Source: Bacteroidaceae bacterium (lineage in GTDB: Bacteria > Bacteroidota > Bacteroidia > Bacteroidales > Bacteroidaceae). From it: a DNA stretch of 64,000 bases. Of the stretch, positions 32,201-40,955 are shown one piece after another. The notes under the pieces were generated by a model. That model saw only the letters and a program-made list of their open reading frames with translations, was not told the DNA's origin and made no database searches. A program made the translations under genes and the position numbers. Every line of letters starts with the position of its first letter. The first letter of the stretch is position 1. The DNA lies in NCBI GenBank assembly GCA_017540585.1, contig JAFYAT010000102.1, positions 47,221 through 111,220 of the forward strand. Direction: 5' to 3'.

Positions 32201-32519
32201 GGTAACAGACATACCACGTGCCATGAGCAAGGAATCAGACAATTGGGTAAACAACGAACGTTTCTCAGACAGATGGATTGAAGACGGAAGTTTCCTTAAA
32301 CTCAAGAAGGTACGTCTCTCATACGAGCTTCCAATGAACCTCTCATGGTTACAAGGACTCACTATCTGGGGTGAAGCAAACAATGTATTCACTGTTACTC
32401 CTTACACAGGTACAGACCCAGAGTTCTCATGCAGCAACTCAGTTCTCTATCAGGGAATCGATGCAGGTCTCCTCGCAGAGGGACGCAGCTTCAACTTAGG
32501 TGTTAAGATTAACTTCTAA
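29205..32519 (+). CDS. SusC/RagA-family TonB-dependent outer-membrane transporter (pair 2)
   Basis: 1104 aa. Signal peptide, CarboxypepD_reg-like VSGTVLDAATKEPIEGARV, plug motif MRGQGIAMFIRGINSININAQPLVILDG, terminal ...SFNLGVKINF. No STN extension. Confidence 0.95.
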   Translation: MMNNNKNNNSLVKASIGLMMLSGAICVSAQTNDSDDTPKAPIRKVAKVVNYKMKTVSGTVLDAATKEPIEGARVAAYGNARFSIMTDENGNYNLEVPVFVNSLYVTVPEYNDLQVAFDGENAPTAELYSTKFNNVYSTKTSITSSNKATVNETSAITIDGEIDKAFSGDVHTVTRSGMRGQGIAMFIRGINSININAQPLVILDGMIIDCQLDRTSVHDGFFNNILAGIDPDDIESVEVLKNATSIYGARGANGVILINTKRGKSMATKIEANINTGFELMPSSISMMNASQFLNYASELVGTTEYAQKYASWENNYPFLVSDKNYYWYPLFHNETDWSDGLYRTAITQNYKVGVQGGDERAMYNLSLGSTTSQSTAKGNDISRFNIRFNTDIQLSEYVSTQLDLSFSNLTYNLRDNGWAESYASSTISSPNVLGLIQSPFLSKYGYYTGDDLKLHESSVYAGKYIDDNNYPFDYASAFGTNAALANPYWILENGDGNNKNHQQQTQFYLNLMPKYTINKHLYITNRFAYQFNRSKEKYYLPKAGTPIYTLEGYGNVTTVVKSLFSKETAIQNDFRINWSNQYGMHQIEAFGGVRYSANTFTDTYMIGYNASNDKMPDMNGSLDFRSLQGNQDKWRNLAYYVDGRWSIKDTYILEATMSAETSSRFGRNTDEGIKMFGVKWGLFPSVQAGWVISNEKFMRKAKGVDYLKFTVGYDISGNDNIDYSASRTYFKSYTFLREAIALQLTNVENTSLQWETTRSWNFALNGSFLKNRIQAGLDVYVRNTDHLITPRTTNYMSGLKSYLTNDGALRNIGAEVHLNGILVNTKNFKAQLGASVGHYKNEITSLPEKEYINKIYGAEILTRVGNSASVFYGYKTNGVLASKKEASTAYNGNDYLKYPTGITAKPYNNFNAGDMRFVDLSGDGIIDENDKTIIGNPNPDLFGSIYANLSYKHWSLDINFKYSLGNDIYNYQRSQLESCNNFYNQTSAVVNRWKNEGQVTDIPRAMSKESDNWVNNERFSDRWIEDGSFLKLKKVRLSYELPMNLSWLQGLTIWGEANNVFTVTPYTGTDPEFSCSNSVLYQGIDAGLLAEGRSFNLGVKINF

Positions 32520-32537
32520 AGTTGTATAATACGCCAT

Positions 32538-32715
32538 AAAGAAGTAAAAGAAGTAAAAAGTATTAAAATGGAGTAAAAAGACGAATGTCATAATCCATTT
32601 ATGACAATATATGTCAATTAAAAAAGACGAAGACAATAACAAATATTCTTATAGATATTTCAGAAAACTATCGTCTTTTTACTCCTTTTAACTCCTCTTT
32701 AATTCCTTTTACTAC
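32538..32715. repeat. Inverted A-rich repeat structure filling the susC2-susD2 spacer
   Basis: A perfect 14-bp inverted repeat, GGAGTAAAAAGACG (32570-32583) with CGTCTTTTTACTCC (32672-32685). The arms extend imperfectly to about 45 bp and are built from GAAGTAAAA-like words. An inner hairpin is TGTCATAA-N4-TTATGACA (32586-32605). Confidence 0.85.
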
Positions 32716-32743
32716 AAAAATAAAATATTTAAAAATATAAACA

Positions 32744-34954
32744 ATGAAGAATATCATCAAAAATATTACTCTTTGCGGTTGTCTTGTCCTCGGAATGGGT
32801 ATGACATCTTGCGAAGACATGATGACAGTAGATACTGGTGACAAAGCATATATCAATGCTAACGACACTCTCTACTCATACCTCGGCATCATGCGTGCAA
32901 TGCAGGATGTTGCAGAACGTCAGATTGTCCTTGGAGAGATTCGTGGTGACCTCGTTTCATCAAGCGAATACGCTACTGATACACTCCATGCTATCAGCAA
33001 CTTTGAAAATCCAAAGGATCAGTCATGTTCAATGCTCTGCGTTAGCGATTACTATAATGTAATCAACAACTGTAACTTCTACATCTATAACTGTGACACA
33101 AGTACTGTCCGTGCAAATGTAAAATACATGATTCCTGAATACACTCAAGTCAAGGCAATCAGAGCATGGGCATATCTCCAGCTTGTTAAGAACTATAAGG
33201 AAGTGCCATACATCACAGAGCCAGTCAAGAACCTTGATGTAATCAAGAACTTTGACTATTCTCATAATCTTGTAAACAAGGACAACCTCATTGATAAACT
33301 CCTTGAGGATGGGCTTGCTGGTATGGTTGACACAAACTATCCACAGTATGGAAAGACAGGACAAACATGGGGTAACTGGAACAATGGCTCTGTAAATATC
33401 TCTGCACGTAACTGTTTCATTCCAATCCGACTCGTACTTGCGGATGCTTATCTTCTTCGTGGAGCTGACAAGTCTGACTATGAAAATGCAGCATTCTACT
33501 ACTACTCATTCTTGAGAAAAGAGGATGTACCAATGCCAATACGATATATGGTACTACTTGAAGATGAAGATGCACCTACAGGATACGATTGGGGCAGTGT
33601 TACTTCTGGAATGCAATGGGGACAAGATGCAAGAAGTTATACTTATGATAAATCTAACGATGTAATTACTGTTATACCAAGCTCTGCTAACGCAGGATTA
33701 GGTAAAATGCTTACACGAGTAGCCGAAGTATTCGGCTACAATCCATCATCAAGTCAGGCAACAGTTGTTTCAGGCCAAACAGAAAATGAGGATGGAACAA
33801 CTACTACAGAATACTCTGCAGCAGGTGCTATCATGGTTAATCCTACATACAAGCGTCAATATTTCCCATCATACGCATACGAGGATGTCAACCTTTCACA
33901 AAAGTATGTTCAATATACAAATCTTGAAAATACAAAAGATGAAAAAATATTGAAGTACTACGATCAGCAGGATGCAAGAATAAATTTGGCAATCAACAGT
34001 ACGCAATACGAAGGAGAGAAATACTCACTCTGTGGTAAAGTTGCTTCAAGAACCTCATTCTTCTACACAATTCCTATTTACCGTAAGGGGCTTATATGGC
34101 TTCGCCTTGCAGAATCACTAAACCGTGCAGGTTATCCTGAGTTTGCATTTGCAATTCTTAAAGATGGTATAAATAATAACACACTTCCAACATTAAAGGA
34201 TGTAACATATGAAAGATTACGCGAATTTGATGGTATTACCTATAACATCTGGACAATAGGAGAAGATACTGTATATTCTGAAATTGGTGAAAAAGACCCT
34301 ATTCCTTTAATTCTTGAAGACGGGGAACTTGTGCCATACACAGGTAACAAAACAGGTGCTGTCTTAGTTACAGATAAGGAGAGAAAAATTGTTTACAACG
34401 CAATTTCTTCAATGTACTACGTTACGGACTCACTTAAGCTCAAGAAATTTGAATCCAAGTTCAACTTCAGAGACGATATTTGGGAGGATTGTTACGGAAT
34501 TCATGCAATAGGAGGTGGCTTTAGCTATAGAATGAACATGAAATCAAGTGCATTTTCTATGTGGGGTGGAGACTACATAACAACCAACATTTCAGGTTAT
34601 CGTGACACAATGTTCTACGACTACAAGAAACTCATAGAAAAGAAACTTGACAAGAAGACATTTAATGAGGCAAGCGAAGATGAAATCATCAATGCAGTTG
34701 AGGACATCATCGTTGACGAACTTGCTCTTGAGACTTGCTTCGAAGGAAACCGTTTCTATGACCTCGTTCGTATCGCAGAGCACAAGAACCAGTCAGGCTT
34801 CAAAGGAACAGAGTGGCTCGCAAAGAAGATTGCTAATCGTGGCACAAAGCAGGCAACAAAGAACAGCCCTGCAGTTAACGGTTTCGATGCAGCTCTCTAC
34901 TCTAAGTTGCAGAACCAGAATCTCTGGTACTTCACATTACCTGCGTGGAAATAA
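32744..34954 (+). CDS. SusD/RagB-family lipoprotein (pair 2), unusually long
   Basis: 736 aa. Lipobox GMGMTSC-EDMM. SusD-type VKAIRAWAYLQLVKNYKEVPYITEP and LETCFEGNRFYDLVRI. Confidence 0.85.
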   Translation: MKNIIKNITLCGCLVLGMGMTSCEDMMTVDTGDKAYINANDTLYSYLGIMRAMQDVAERQIVLGEIRGDLVSSSEYATDTLHAISNFENPKDQSCSMLCVSDYYNVINNCNFYIYNCDTSTVRANVKYMIPEYTQVKAIRAWAYLQLVKNYKEVPYITEPVKNLDVIKNFDYSHNLVNKDNLIDKLLEDGLAGMVDTNYPQYGKTGQTWGNWNNGSVNISARNCFIPIRLVLADAYLLRGADKSDYENAAFYYYSFLRKEDVPMPIRYMVLLEDEDAPTGYDWGSVTSGMQWGQDARSYTYDKSNDVITVIPSSANAGLGKMLTRVAEVFGYNPSSSQATVVSGQTENEDGTTTTEYSAAGAIMVNPTYKRQYFPSYAYEDVNLSQKYVQYTNLENTKDEKILKYYDQQDARINLAINSTQYEGEKYSLCGKVASRTSFFYTIPIYRKGLIWLRLAESLNRAGYPEFAFAILKDGINNNTLPTLKDVTYERLREFDGITYNIWTIGEDTVYSEIGEKDPIPLILEDGELVPYTGNKTGAVLVTDKERKIVYNAISSMYYVTDSLKLKKFESKFNFRDDIWEDCYGIHAIGGGFSYRMNMKSSAFSMWGGDYITTNISGYRDTMFYDYKKLIEKKLDKKTFNEASEDEIINAVEDIIVDELALETCFEGNRFYDLVRIAEHKNQSGFKGTEWLAKKIANRGTKQATKNSPAVNGFDAALYSKLQNQNLWYFTLPAWK

Positions 34955-34975
34955 AATAAGTTAAGAATTAAGATT

Positions 34976-36340
34976 ATGATTAGAATAATCATCCTTATGT
35001 TGGCACTCACCTTCGGGTGTGTGCCAACTTTTGGCAAAAAGGTAATCAAAGACCTTTGGCCAGACGGAACAGAGATATCAGCATGGTTCAAGGACATTAC
35101 ATCCGTTGATATCAGTAAACATGGCAATACATACCGCATTACCGACTATGGAGTGGTAAATGACGGCAGGATTCACACCAAGGAGTTTCAAGCACTCATC
35201 GACATGGTGGCAGCAAATGGTGGTGGAGTTATCATAGTGCCACAGGGCACATACTTGACAGGTGCTGTGTTTTTCCGTCAGGGAGTGCACCTGCATATCC
35301 TTGACGGTGGAGTAATAATGGGCAGTAACGATCCAAGCGACTACCCTCTCCTCAAGACACGTATCGAGGGAGAGACATGTCTCTACTACTCAGCCCTCAT
35401 CAATGCCGACGGACTTGACGGATTCACAATCTCCGGCAAAGGAACAATTGACGGCAACGGCTACACATACTGGAAACACTTCTGGGAGCGTCGTGCATGG
35501 AATCCTAAGTGTACAAACAAGGACGAACAACGTCCACGCCTTGTGTACATAAGCAATAGCAAGAACATACAGATAGAAGGAGTAAAACTTCAGAACTCTG
35601 CTTTCTGGACAACGCACATTTACAACTCAGAGAATGTAAAACTGCTGCGTCTTCACATCTCGTCTCCTGCAAAACCTGTCAAGGCACCATCAACTGATGC
35701 CATTGACCTTGATGTTGCAAAGAACATACTCGTCAAGAATTGCTACATGAGCGTAAACGATGATGCTATTGCCATCAAGGGAGGTAAGGGTCCATACGCC
35801 GACGCATTCAAGAAACAGTATTCCGACATCGACCTCAAGAAATTCCCAGAGATGGAAGGAGACGGAGGCAATGAGAATATACTCATTGAGGACTGTGAAT
35901 ACGGATTCTGCCATGGATGTCTCACCCTCGGTAGCGAGAGCGTATATGACCACAACATCATCCTACGTCGTATCAAGGTGAACGAGGCTAACAACCTGCT
36001 ATGGTTGAAGATGCGTCCAGATACTCCACAAAGATACGAATACATCACAGTGGAAGATATCCAAGGAAATGCCAAGAACTTCCTGCTCGTTGCACCTTGG
36101 ACACAGTTCTACGACCTCAAGGGTCGCAAAGATACACCGATGTCTTATTCCGACCATATCACAATGCGCAATATCACATTTGATTGCAATGTATTCTTCA
36201 ATGTAAAGCCACGAGAGGAGCAATATCATCTAAGCAACTTCAAGTTTGAAAACTTGTCCATAAAAGGAAACAACGTTGAATTAAATACTGAATATGTGGA
36301 AAACTTCATAGTGAAGAATATCAAAGCGGAAAAAAAGTAA
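34976..36340 (+). CDS. Glycoside hydrolase family 28 (polygalacturonase/rhamnogalacturonase-type, parallel beta-helix)
   Basis: 454 aa. Motifs GGGVIIVPQGTYLTGAVFF, NSKNIQIEGVKLQNSAFWT, STDAIDLD and NDDAIAIKGG, matching the GH28 NTDG/DD-IAIK pattern. Confidence 0.85.
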   Translation: MIRIIILMLALTFGCVPTFGKKVIKDLWPDGTEISAWFKDITSVDISKHGNTYRITDYGVVNDGRIHTKEFQALIDMVAANGGGVIIVPQGTYLTGAVFFRQGVHLHILDGGVIMGSNDPSDYPLLKTRIEGETCLYYSALINADGLDGFTISGKGTIDGNGYTYWKHFWERRAWNPKCTNKDEQRPRLVYISNSKNIQIEGVKLQNSAFWTTHIYNSENVKLLRLHISSPAKPVKAPSTDAIDLDVAKNILVKNCYMSVNDDAIAIKGGKGPYADAFKKQYSDIDLKKFPEMEGDGGNENILIEDCEYGFCHGCLTLGSESVYDHNIILRRIKVNEANNLLWLKMRPDTPQRYEYITVEDIQGNAKNFLLVAPWTQFYDLKGRKDTPMSYSDHITMRNITFDCNVFFNVKPREEQYHLSNFKFENLSIKGNNVELNTEYVENFIVKNIKAEKK

Positions 36341-36348
36341 TAACTTTG
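36341..36348 (+). promoter_or_regulatory. Candidate -7 box TAACTTTG for the transporter gene
   Basis: Matches TAnnTTTG. It lies 39 nt upstream of the ATG at 36387, immediately after the GH28 stop. Confidence 0.5.
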
Positions 36349-36386
36349 CAACGACATTTTTTATATAGGTTTTAAAAAGATATAAT

Positions 36387-38105
36387 ATGCAGTGGTTAGC
36401 TGACTTATTATTGAGCGGAGGAGGAGTTGCACACACCGTAATACTATTCTCCCTTGTTATTTCGCTCGGTGTGTTTTTAGGTAACAAAGTTAAGATTGGC
36501 GGAATATCGCTTGGAGTAACATGGATTCTCTTTGTCGGAATCCTCGTTGGCGACATTCTCAAACGTTTTTCAGTAGAAGAGAACCTCGAAGTCATCAATT
36601 TCGTTCAGGACTTCGGACTTATACTCTTCGTGTTCTCAATAGGTCTTCAGGTAGGTCCGTCATTCTTCACAAGTTTCAAGCAAGGTGGAGTAAAAGCCAA
36701 TGGTATTGCAGCAGGTATCGTTCTTCTGAATATTGTTGTGATGCTTGCTCTCTATTATGGACTCCGCAACTTCATCCCAGCGGCAGACAATCTTCCTATG
36801 ATGGTCGGTACTCTTTGTGGTGCCATTACAAACACTCCGGGACTTGGTGCCGCCAATGCTGCACTCGACCAGATTAGCACCATGCACCCTGATGCGTTCG
36901 GCGGAACAATACCAGTCATTGCAAACGGATATGCCTGCGCCTACCCTCTCGGTGTTGTAGGTATCATCCTTTCAATCATACTTATCCGCGTATTCTTCAA
37001 GATTAACTTCCAAGCAGAAGAAGAACACTTCAACAAGAAGAACAAGAAGAATGCGGCAATGAAGCCACACCTCATGCACGTAGAGGTAAACAACAACGCC
37101 ATCAATGGCAAGAGTATCCTCGAAGTACGTGGTTTCATAGGTCGTGACTTCGTATGTTCACGAATGCTTCACGATGGTCACGTTATCGTTCCAAAGAGAG
37201 ACACTATCCTCGAAGAAGGTGATAAACTCTACATTGTATGTGCAGAAGAAGATGCTGATGCCATAGTTGCTTTCATCGGTTCACTCGTTGAAGTTGACTG
37301 GGAAGATCAGGACCTCCCAATGGAGTCACGTCAGGTACTCGTGACAAAGAATGAGGTAAACGGACGTACACTCGGCAGTTTCCACCCAAGTTCAATGCAC
37401 GGAGTAAACGTAACACGTATATTCCGCTCTGGTATGGAAATATTTGCCAGCCCAAGCACAATACTACAGGTTGGCGACAGTGTGGTGGTAGTAGGTCCAC
37501 AGGATGCAGTAGAGCGATTTGCCAACGTACTTGGCGACCAGAAGCAGCAACTTGATAAGCCAAACCTCCTCACTCTCTTCGTGGGAATACTCATTGGTAT
37601 CATCTTTGGTATGCTTCCTATCAGCGTTCCAGGAATGTCAATGCCAGTCAAACTGGGACTTGCAGGTGGTCCACTCGTGATAGCAATTCTCCTTGGACGT
37701 TTCGGCTTCAAGCTCAAGCTCGTTGCCTACACAACCAACTCTGCATCACTCATGATACGTGATATCGGACTCGTGCTCTTCCTTGCAAGCGTAGGTATAA
37801 AGGCTGGTGGCAACTTCGTAGATACAGTAATGAACGGAGGTGTTCACTATGTATGGATGGGCTTCCTCATCACAGTCATACCACTTCTAATCATGGGAGC
37901 ATTTGCACGTATGAAGTGGCACATGAACTACTTCCTACTCATGGGTATCATCTCTGGAGCAACTACAGACCCACCAGCACTTGCATTCTCACAGGCAACA
38001 GCCAACAATGGTATTCCATCCGTAGGTTACTCTACCGTATATCCATTGTCAATGTTCCTTCGCATCATCACAGCTCAGGTCATCATCCTGTTGCTCTGTT
38101 CATAA
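36387..38105 (+). CDS. YidE/YbjL-family (AspT/YidE/YbjL) transporter with two internal RCK_C/TrkA_C-like domains
   Basis: 572 aa. Duplicated multi-TM halves ([18 protein letters not shown]... and [17 protein letters not shown]...) flank a soluble region of roughly 170 aa. Confidence 0.85.
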   Translation: MQWLADLLLSGGGVAHTVILFSLVISLGVFLGNKVKIGGISLGVTWILFVGILVGDILKRFSVEENLEVINFVQDFGLILFVFSIGLQVGPSFFTSFKQGGVKANGIAAGIVLLNIVVMLALYYGLRNFIPAADNLPMMVGTLCGAITNTPGLGAANAALDQISTMHPDAFGGTIPVIANGYACAYPLGVVGIILSIILIRVFFKINFQAEEEHFNKKNKKNAAMKPHLMHVEVNNNAINGKSILEVRGFIGRDFVCSRMLHDGHVIVPKRDTILEEGDKLYIVCAEEDADAIVAFIGSLVEVDWEDQDLPMESRQVLVTKNEVNGRTLGSFHPSSMHGVNVTRIFRSGMEIFASPSTILQVGDSVVVVGPQDAVERFANVLGDQKQQLDKPNLLTLFVGILIGIIFGMLPISVPGMSMPVKLGLAGGPLVIAILLGRFGFKLKLVAYTTNSASLMIRDIGLVLFLASVGIKAGGNFVDTVMNGGVHYVWMGFLITVIPLLIMGAFARMKWHMNYFLLMGIISGATTDPPALAFSQATANNGIPSVGYSTVYPLSMFLRIITAQVIILLLCS

Positions 38106-38149
38106 CAACACTACTACCGAGTTCGATAGTAGCATAACAACAAAGAATA

Positions 38150-38842
38150 ATGAACATTCAGGACATAACAAACTCACTTATGCAGTCAACGGACATACCT
38201 CTGTTGACTGCATTGGTTTTAGGCATACTCGTAGCCTTCAACCCATGCCAGTTGTCAATCAATATCTCGGCTCTTACCTACCTCAACCGTTCTGGTAAGC
38301 AAGGACTGGAGTATGTACTTGGACGTACCATCACATACACACTCCTTGGATGGATATTGATGTGCCTCACAGGTGGAGGAAGCAATCTCAACGGAGTAAG
38401 TACAATACTCAGCTATGGTGAGGTTGTTTTGCCATATGCCCTCATTGCCATTGGTTTCTTTCTTCTATTCCGTGCCTTCCATCATCATGAGCACCACGGA
38501 GAGGACTGTCACAACTGTGGCAAGCTTATCAAGCGCAACGGTCCCTTAGGCTCACTCATACTCGGAATGACCCTTGCCCTTGCCTTCTGTCCTGAGAGTG
38601 CAATCTTCTTCTTCGGAATACTCCTTCCTCTTGCCATCAAGAGTGAAGCTGGTGTCATGCTTCCTCCCATATTTGCTATAGGAGCAGGACTACCCGTCCT
38701 CCTATTCAGCTATATCATGCACAAGGCATTCAACAAAGCCATAGCACTAAGCAGTAAATTTAATCACTTCCAGCAGGTACTTAATGCTATAACAGGTGTT
38801 ATATTCATCATAATTGCCATCCTACTCTTCCTCGGAGAATAA
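38150..38842 (+). CDS. Polytopic membrane protein of the CcdA/DsbD_2-like type with a His-rich loop; function uncertain
   Basis: 230 aa, about 6 TM segments. NPC (TM1) and FCPE (TM4) motifs resemble thiol-transfer/metal-handling membrane families. The central loop is HHHEHHGEDCHNCG. Confidence 0.5.
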   Translation: MNIQDITNSLMQSTDIPLLTALVLGILVAFNPCQLSINISALTYLNRSGKQGLEYVLGRTITYTLLGWILMCLTGGGSNLNGVSTILSYGEVVLPYALIAIGFFLLFRAFHHHEHHGEDCHNCGKLIKRNGPLGSLILGMTLALAFCPESAIFFFGILLPLAIKSEAGVMLPPIFAIGAGLPVLLFSYIMHKAFNKAIALSSKFNHFQQVLNAITGVIFIIIAILLFLGE

Positions 38843-38868
38843 AGCATCGTGTATCTCCGAATTTTTGA

Positions 38869-38925
38869 AACACAGAGGACACAGAGTTTTCTTGTCACAA
38901 AAAGAAACTCCGTGTCCTCTGTGTT
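38869..38925 (+). terminator. Long hairpin 3' of the membrane-protein gene
   Basis: AACACAGAGGACACAGAGTTTT (38869-38890) pairs with GAAACTCCGTGTCCTCTGTGTT (38904-38925), 20 of 22 positions, with a 13-nt loop. The 14-mer GTGTCCTCTGTGTT recurs at 4665-4678. The U-tract is weak. Confidence 0.45.
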
Positions 38926-38964
38926 ATACTGCCTTTCCCTAAAAAACAGCAAACAAGGTAACTT

Positions 38965-39002
38965 CTCCCTTCCCCTATAGGGGGAGGGCTGGGGAGAGGG
39001 TC
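38965..39002 (+). repeat. GC-rich REP-like palindromic element, copy B
   Basis: CTCCCTTCCCCTATAGGGGGAGGGCTGGGGAGAGGGTC. Its last 23 nt, GGGGGAGGGCTGGGGAGAGGGTC, are identical to 46062-46084. Confidence 0.85.
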
Positions 39003-39543
39003 TGCTTTAAAACAAATCCGTGACGGAATCATTAAGATTTCGCCACGGAATCTAATTCATGATGATTAGACCGGTTATAAACGAAAAAAATATTATACAA
39101 AAGCCCTTTCGGACTCTCAAAAATTAACGGGTCACTTTAATGAACGAATCGGGTCTGAATTCACTTCAGCGTTAGAAAATTTCTCTCGGGAAAATTCAAA
39201 GAAATTCTTAGTTATTATAACATAGACTGTATCTTGTAGTCCTGAGACATAATTATTGACTTTTTTGTGTGTCATTTAATTTTTGACACTACAAAAGTAT
39301 GAATATAATATTATCGGACAAAATTATTTTACAATTATTTTTTTGCCTCGTTGCCGTGTACCATTTCACATTTCTTTGGTACTCTCACGATTGCATCAAT
39401 GCAACGCATACAAAAAGCAACAGAAGTAACGCCTAAAAACTTAAATGTAACATAATTTTACCAAGAAATTAGTCATAGAAAATATACAATCACAGATATT
39501 ACAAATTGACAAAATGAGGGAGTTCCAACTCCATCATGACTAT

Positions 39544-39656
39544 GCTATGACTCCGCTATGCCTTCGCTATGAGTCCGCTATGACTCCGCTATTTAGCAGA
39601 GAAATAGCAGAGGATTAGCAGAGGATTAGCAGAGGAAAGACGGAGGAACTGCAGAA
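39544..39656. repeat. 11-bp-register tandem array with two unit types (ATGACTCCGCT, then GATTAGCAGAG)
   Basis: GCTATG occurs at 39544, 39555, 39566 and 39577, and GCTATT at 39588. TAGCAGAG occurs at 39594, 39605, 39616 and 39627, followed by two degenerate units. The array lies 3' of rfbB. Confidence 0.88.
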
Positions 39657-39706
39657 AAACAGTAATAAAATGGAGAACAAACAGCAACAATTGACAGCCC
39701 CCCCCC

Positions 39707-39743
39707 AAAAAAATGTGCCATGATTTTTCCCCAATCATGACAC
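39707..39743 (-). terminator. Rho-independent-type terminator of rfbB
   Basis: The minus strand reads GUGUCAUGAUU-GGGGAAA-AAUCAUGGCAC followed by AUUUUUUU. The stem covers 39715-39725 and 39733-39743. A C9 run (39698-39706) follows the A7 run. Confidence 0.7.
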
Positions 39744-39783
39744 ATCACATTTCTATCTAAAATATCAATTCTACAATACCAAA

Positions 39784-40917
39784 TTATCTATTAGCATACA
39801 TATTCTCGTAATACTTCTCGTACTCACCGCTTGTGATGTTCTCAAGCCATTCTTCGTTTTCGAGATACCACTTAACGGTCTTCTCGATACCCTCCTCAAA
39901 CTGGAGAGATGGTTCCCAACCGAGTTCAGCCTGAAGCTTGCGTGAGTCGATGGCATAACGTGCATCGTGACCGAGACGGTCTGTAACGTATGTGATGAGG
40001 TCAAGGTCTGCACCTTCTGGACGACCAAGAAGACGGTCAACAGTCTTGATGACAACCTTGATGATGTCAATATTCTTCCACTCATTGAAACCTCCGATGT
40101 TGTATGTCTCAGCAATCTTACCCTTGTGGAAGATTACGTCAATGGCACGTGCATGGTCAACAACATAGAGCCAGTCACGTACATTCTCGCCCTTGCCATA
40201 TACAGGGAGTGGCTTGCGATGACGGATATTGTTGATAAAGAGCGGTATCAGCTTCTCTGGGAACTGGTAAGGACCATAGTTGTTTGAGCAGTTAGTCACG
40301 ATTGTTGGCATTCCGTATGTGTCGTGGAACGCACGTACAAAGTGGTCGCTGCTTGCCTTTGAAGCTGAGTATGGAGAGTGTGGATTATACTTTGTCGTCT
40401 CAAGGAAGAAATCCTTTCCGTAAGCATGATGATGCTCAGATGACGAAGCCGTGGTTGTGAATGGAGACTCTATGCCCTCCGGATTAGTGAGCTGGAGTGC
40501 ACCATAAACCTCGTCAGTTGAGATATGGTAGAAACGCTTGCCCTCATACTTCTCAGGAAGTGACTCCCAATAGAGCTTTGCAGCCTGAAGAAGAGAGAGA
40601 GTTCCCATCACGTTGGTACGAGCAAAAGTGAATGGATCCTTGATTGAGCGGTCAACATGTGACTCAGCAGCAAGGTGTATAATACCATCAATCTTCTCGT
40701 CCTGCATGAGTTTGTAGAACGCATCGAAGTCGCAGATATCCATCTTCACAAACTTGTAGTTTGGCTTATCCTCAATGTCCTTGAGGTTAGCGAGATTACC
40801 TGCGTATGTAAGTTTATCTAGATTGATTATATTATACTCTGGATACTTGTTTACGAACAAGCGGACAACATGAGAACCAATAAATCCTGCTCCACCTGTG
40901 ATTACAATATTCTTCAT
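39784..40917 (-). CDS. rfbB: dTDP-glucose 4,6-dehydratase
   Basis: MKNIVITGGAGFIGSH Rossmann start, YSASKASSDHF (YxxxK) and overall RmlB-like sequence. The start is set at the internal Met (40915-40917) because a TACCTTTG -7 box lies at 40948-40955, inside the longer track ORF (to 40974). Confidence 0.95.
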   Translation of the reverse strand: MKNIVITGGAGFIGSHVVRLFVNKYPEYNIINLDKLTYAGNLANLKDIEDKPNYKFVKMDICDFDAFYKLMQDEKIDGIIHLAAESHVDRSIKDPFTFARTNVMGTLSLLQAAKLYWESLPEKYEGKRFYHISTDEVYGALQLTNPEGIESPFTTTASSSEHHHAYGKDFFLETTKYNPHSPYSASKASSDHFVRAFHDTYGMPTIVTNCSNNYGPYQFPEKLIPLFINNIRHRKPLPVYGKGENVRDWLYVVDHARAIDVIFHKGKIAETYNIGGFNEWKNIDIIKVVIKTVDRLLGRPEGADLDLITYVTDRLGHDARYAIDSRKLQAELGWEPSLQFEEGIEKTVKWYLENEEWLENITSGEYEKYYENMYANR

Positions 40918-40947
40918 AATTTTGAGTTGTTTTGAACTATTCCGTTG

Positions 40948-40955
40948 CAAAGGTA
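40948..40955 (-). promoter_or_regulatory. Candidate -7 box (TACCTTTG on the minus strand) for rfbB
   Basis: The plus strand CAAAGGTA lies 31 nt upstream of the ATG at 40917. Confidence 0.6.

Noticed and set aside
39698-39713. The C9-A7 homopolymer run as a slipped-strand phase-variation switch.
   Set aside because: It lies in the tail of the rfbB terminator, not in a coding region or in a promoter -33/-7 spacer. Length changes would have no obvious on/off consequence.
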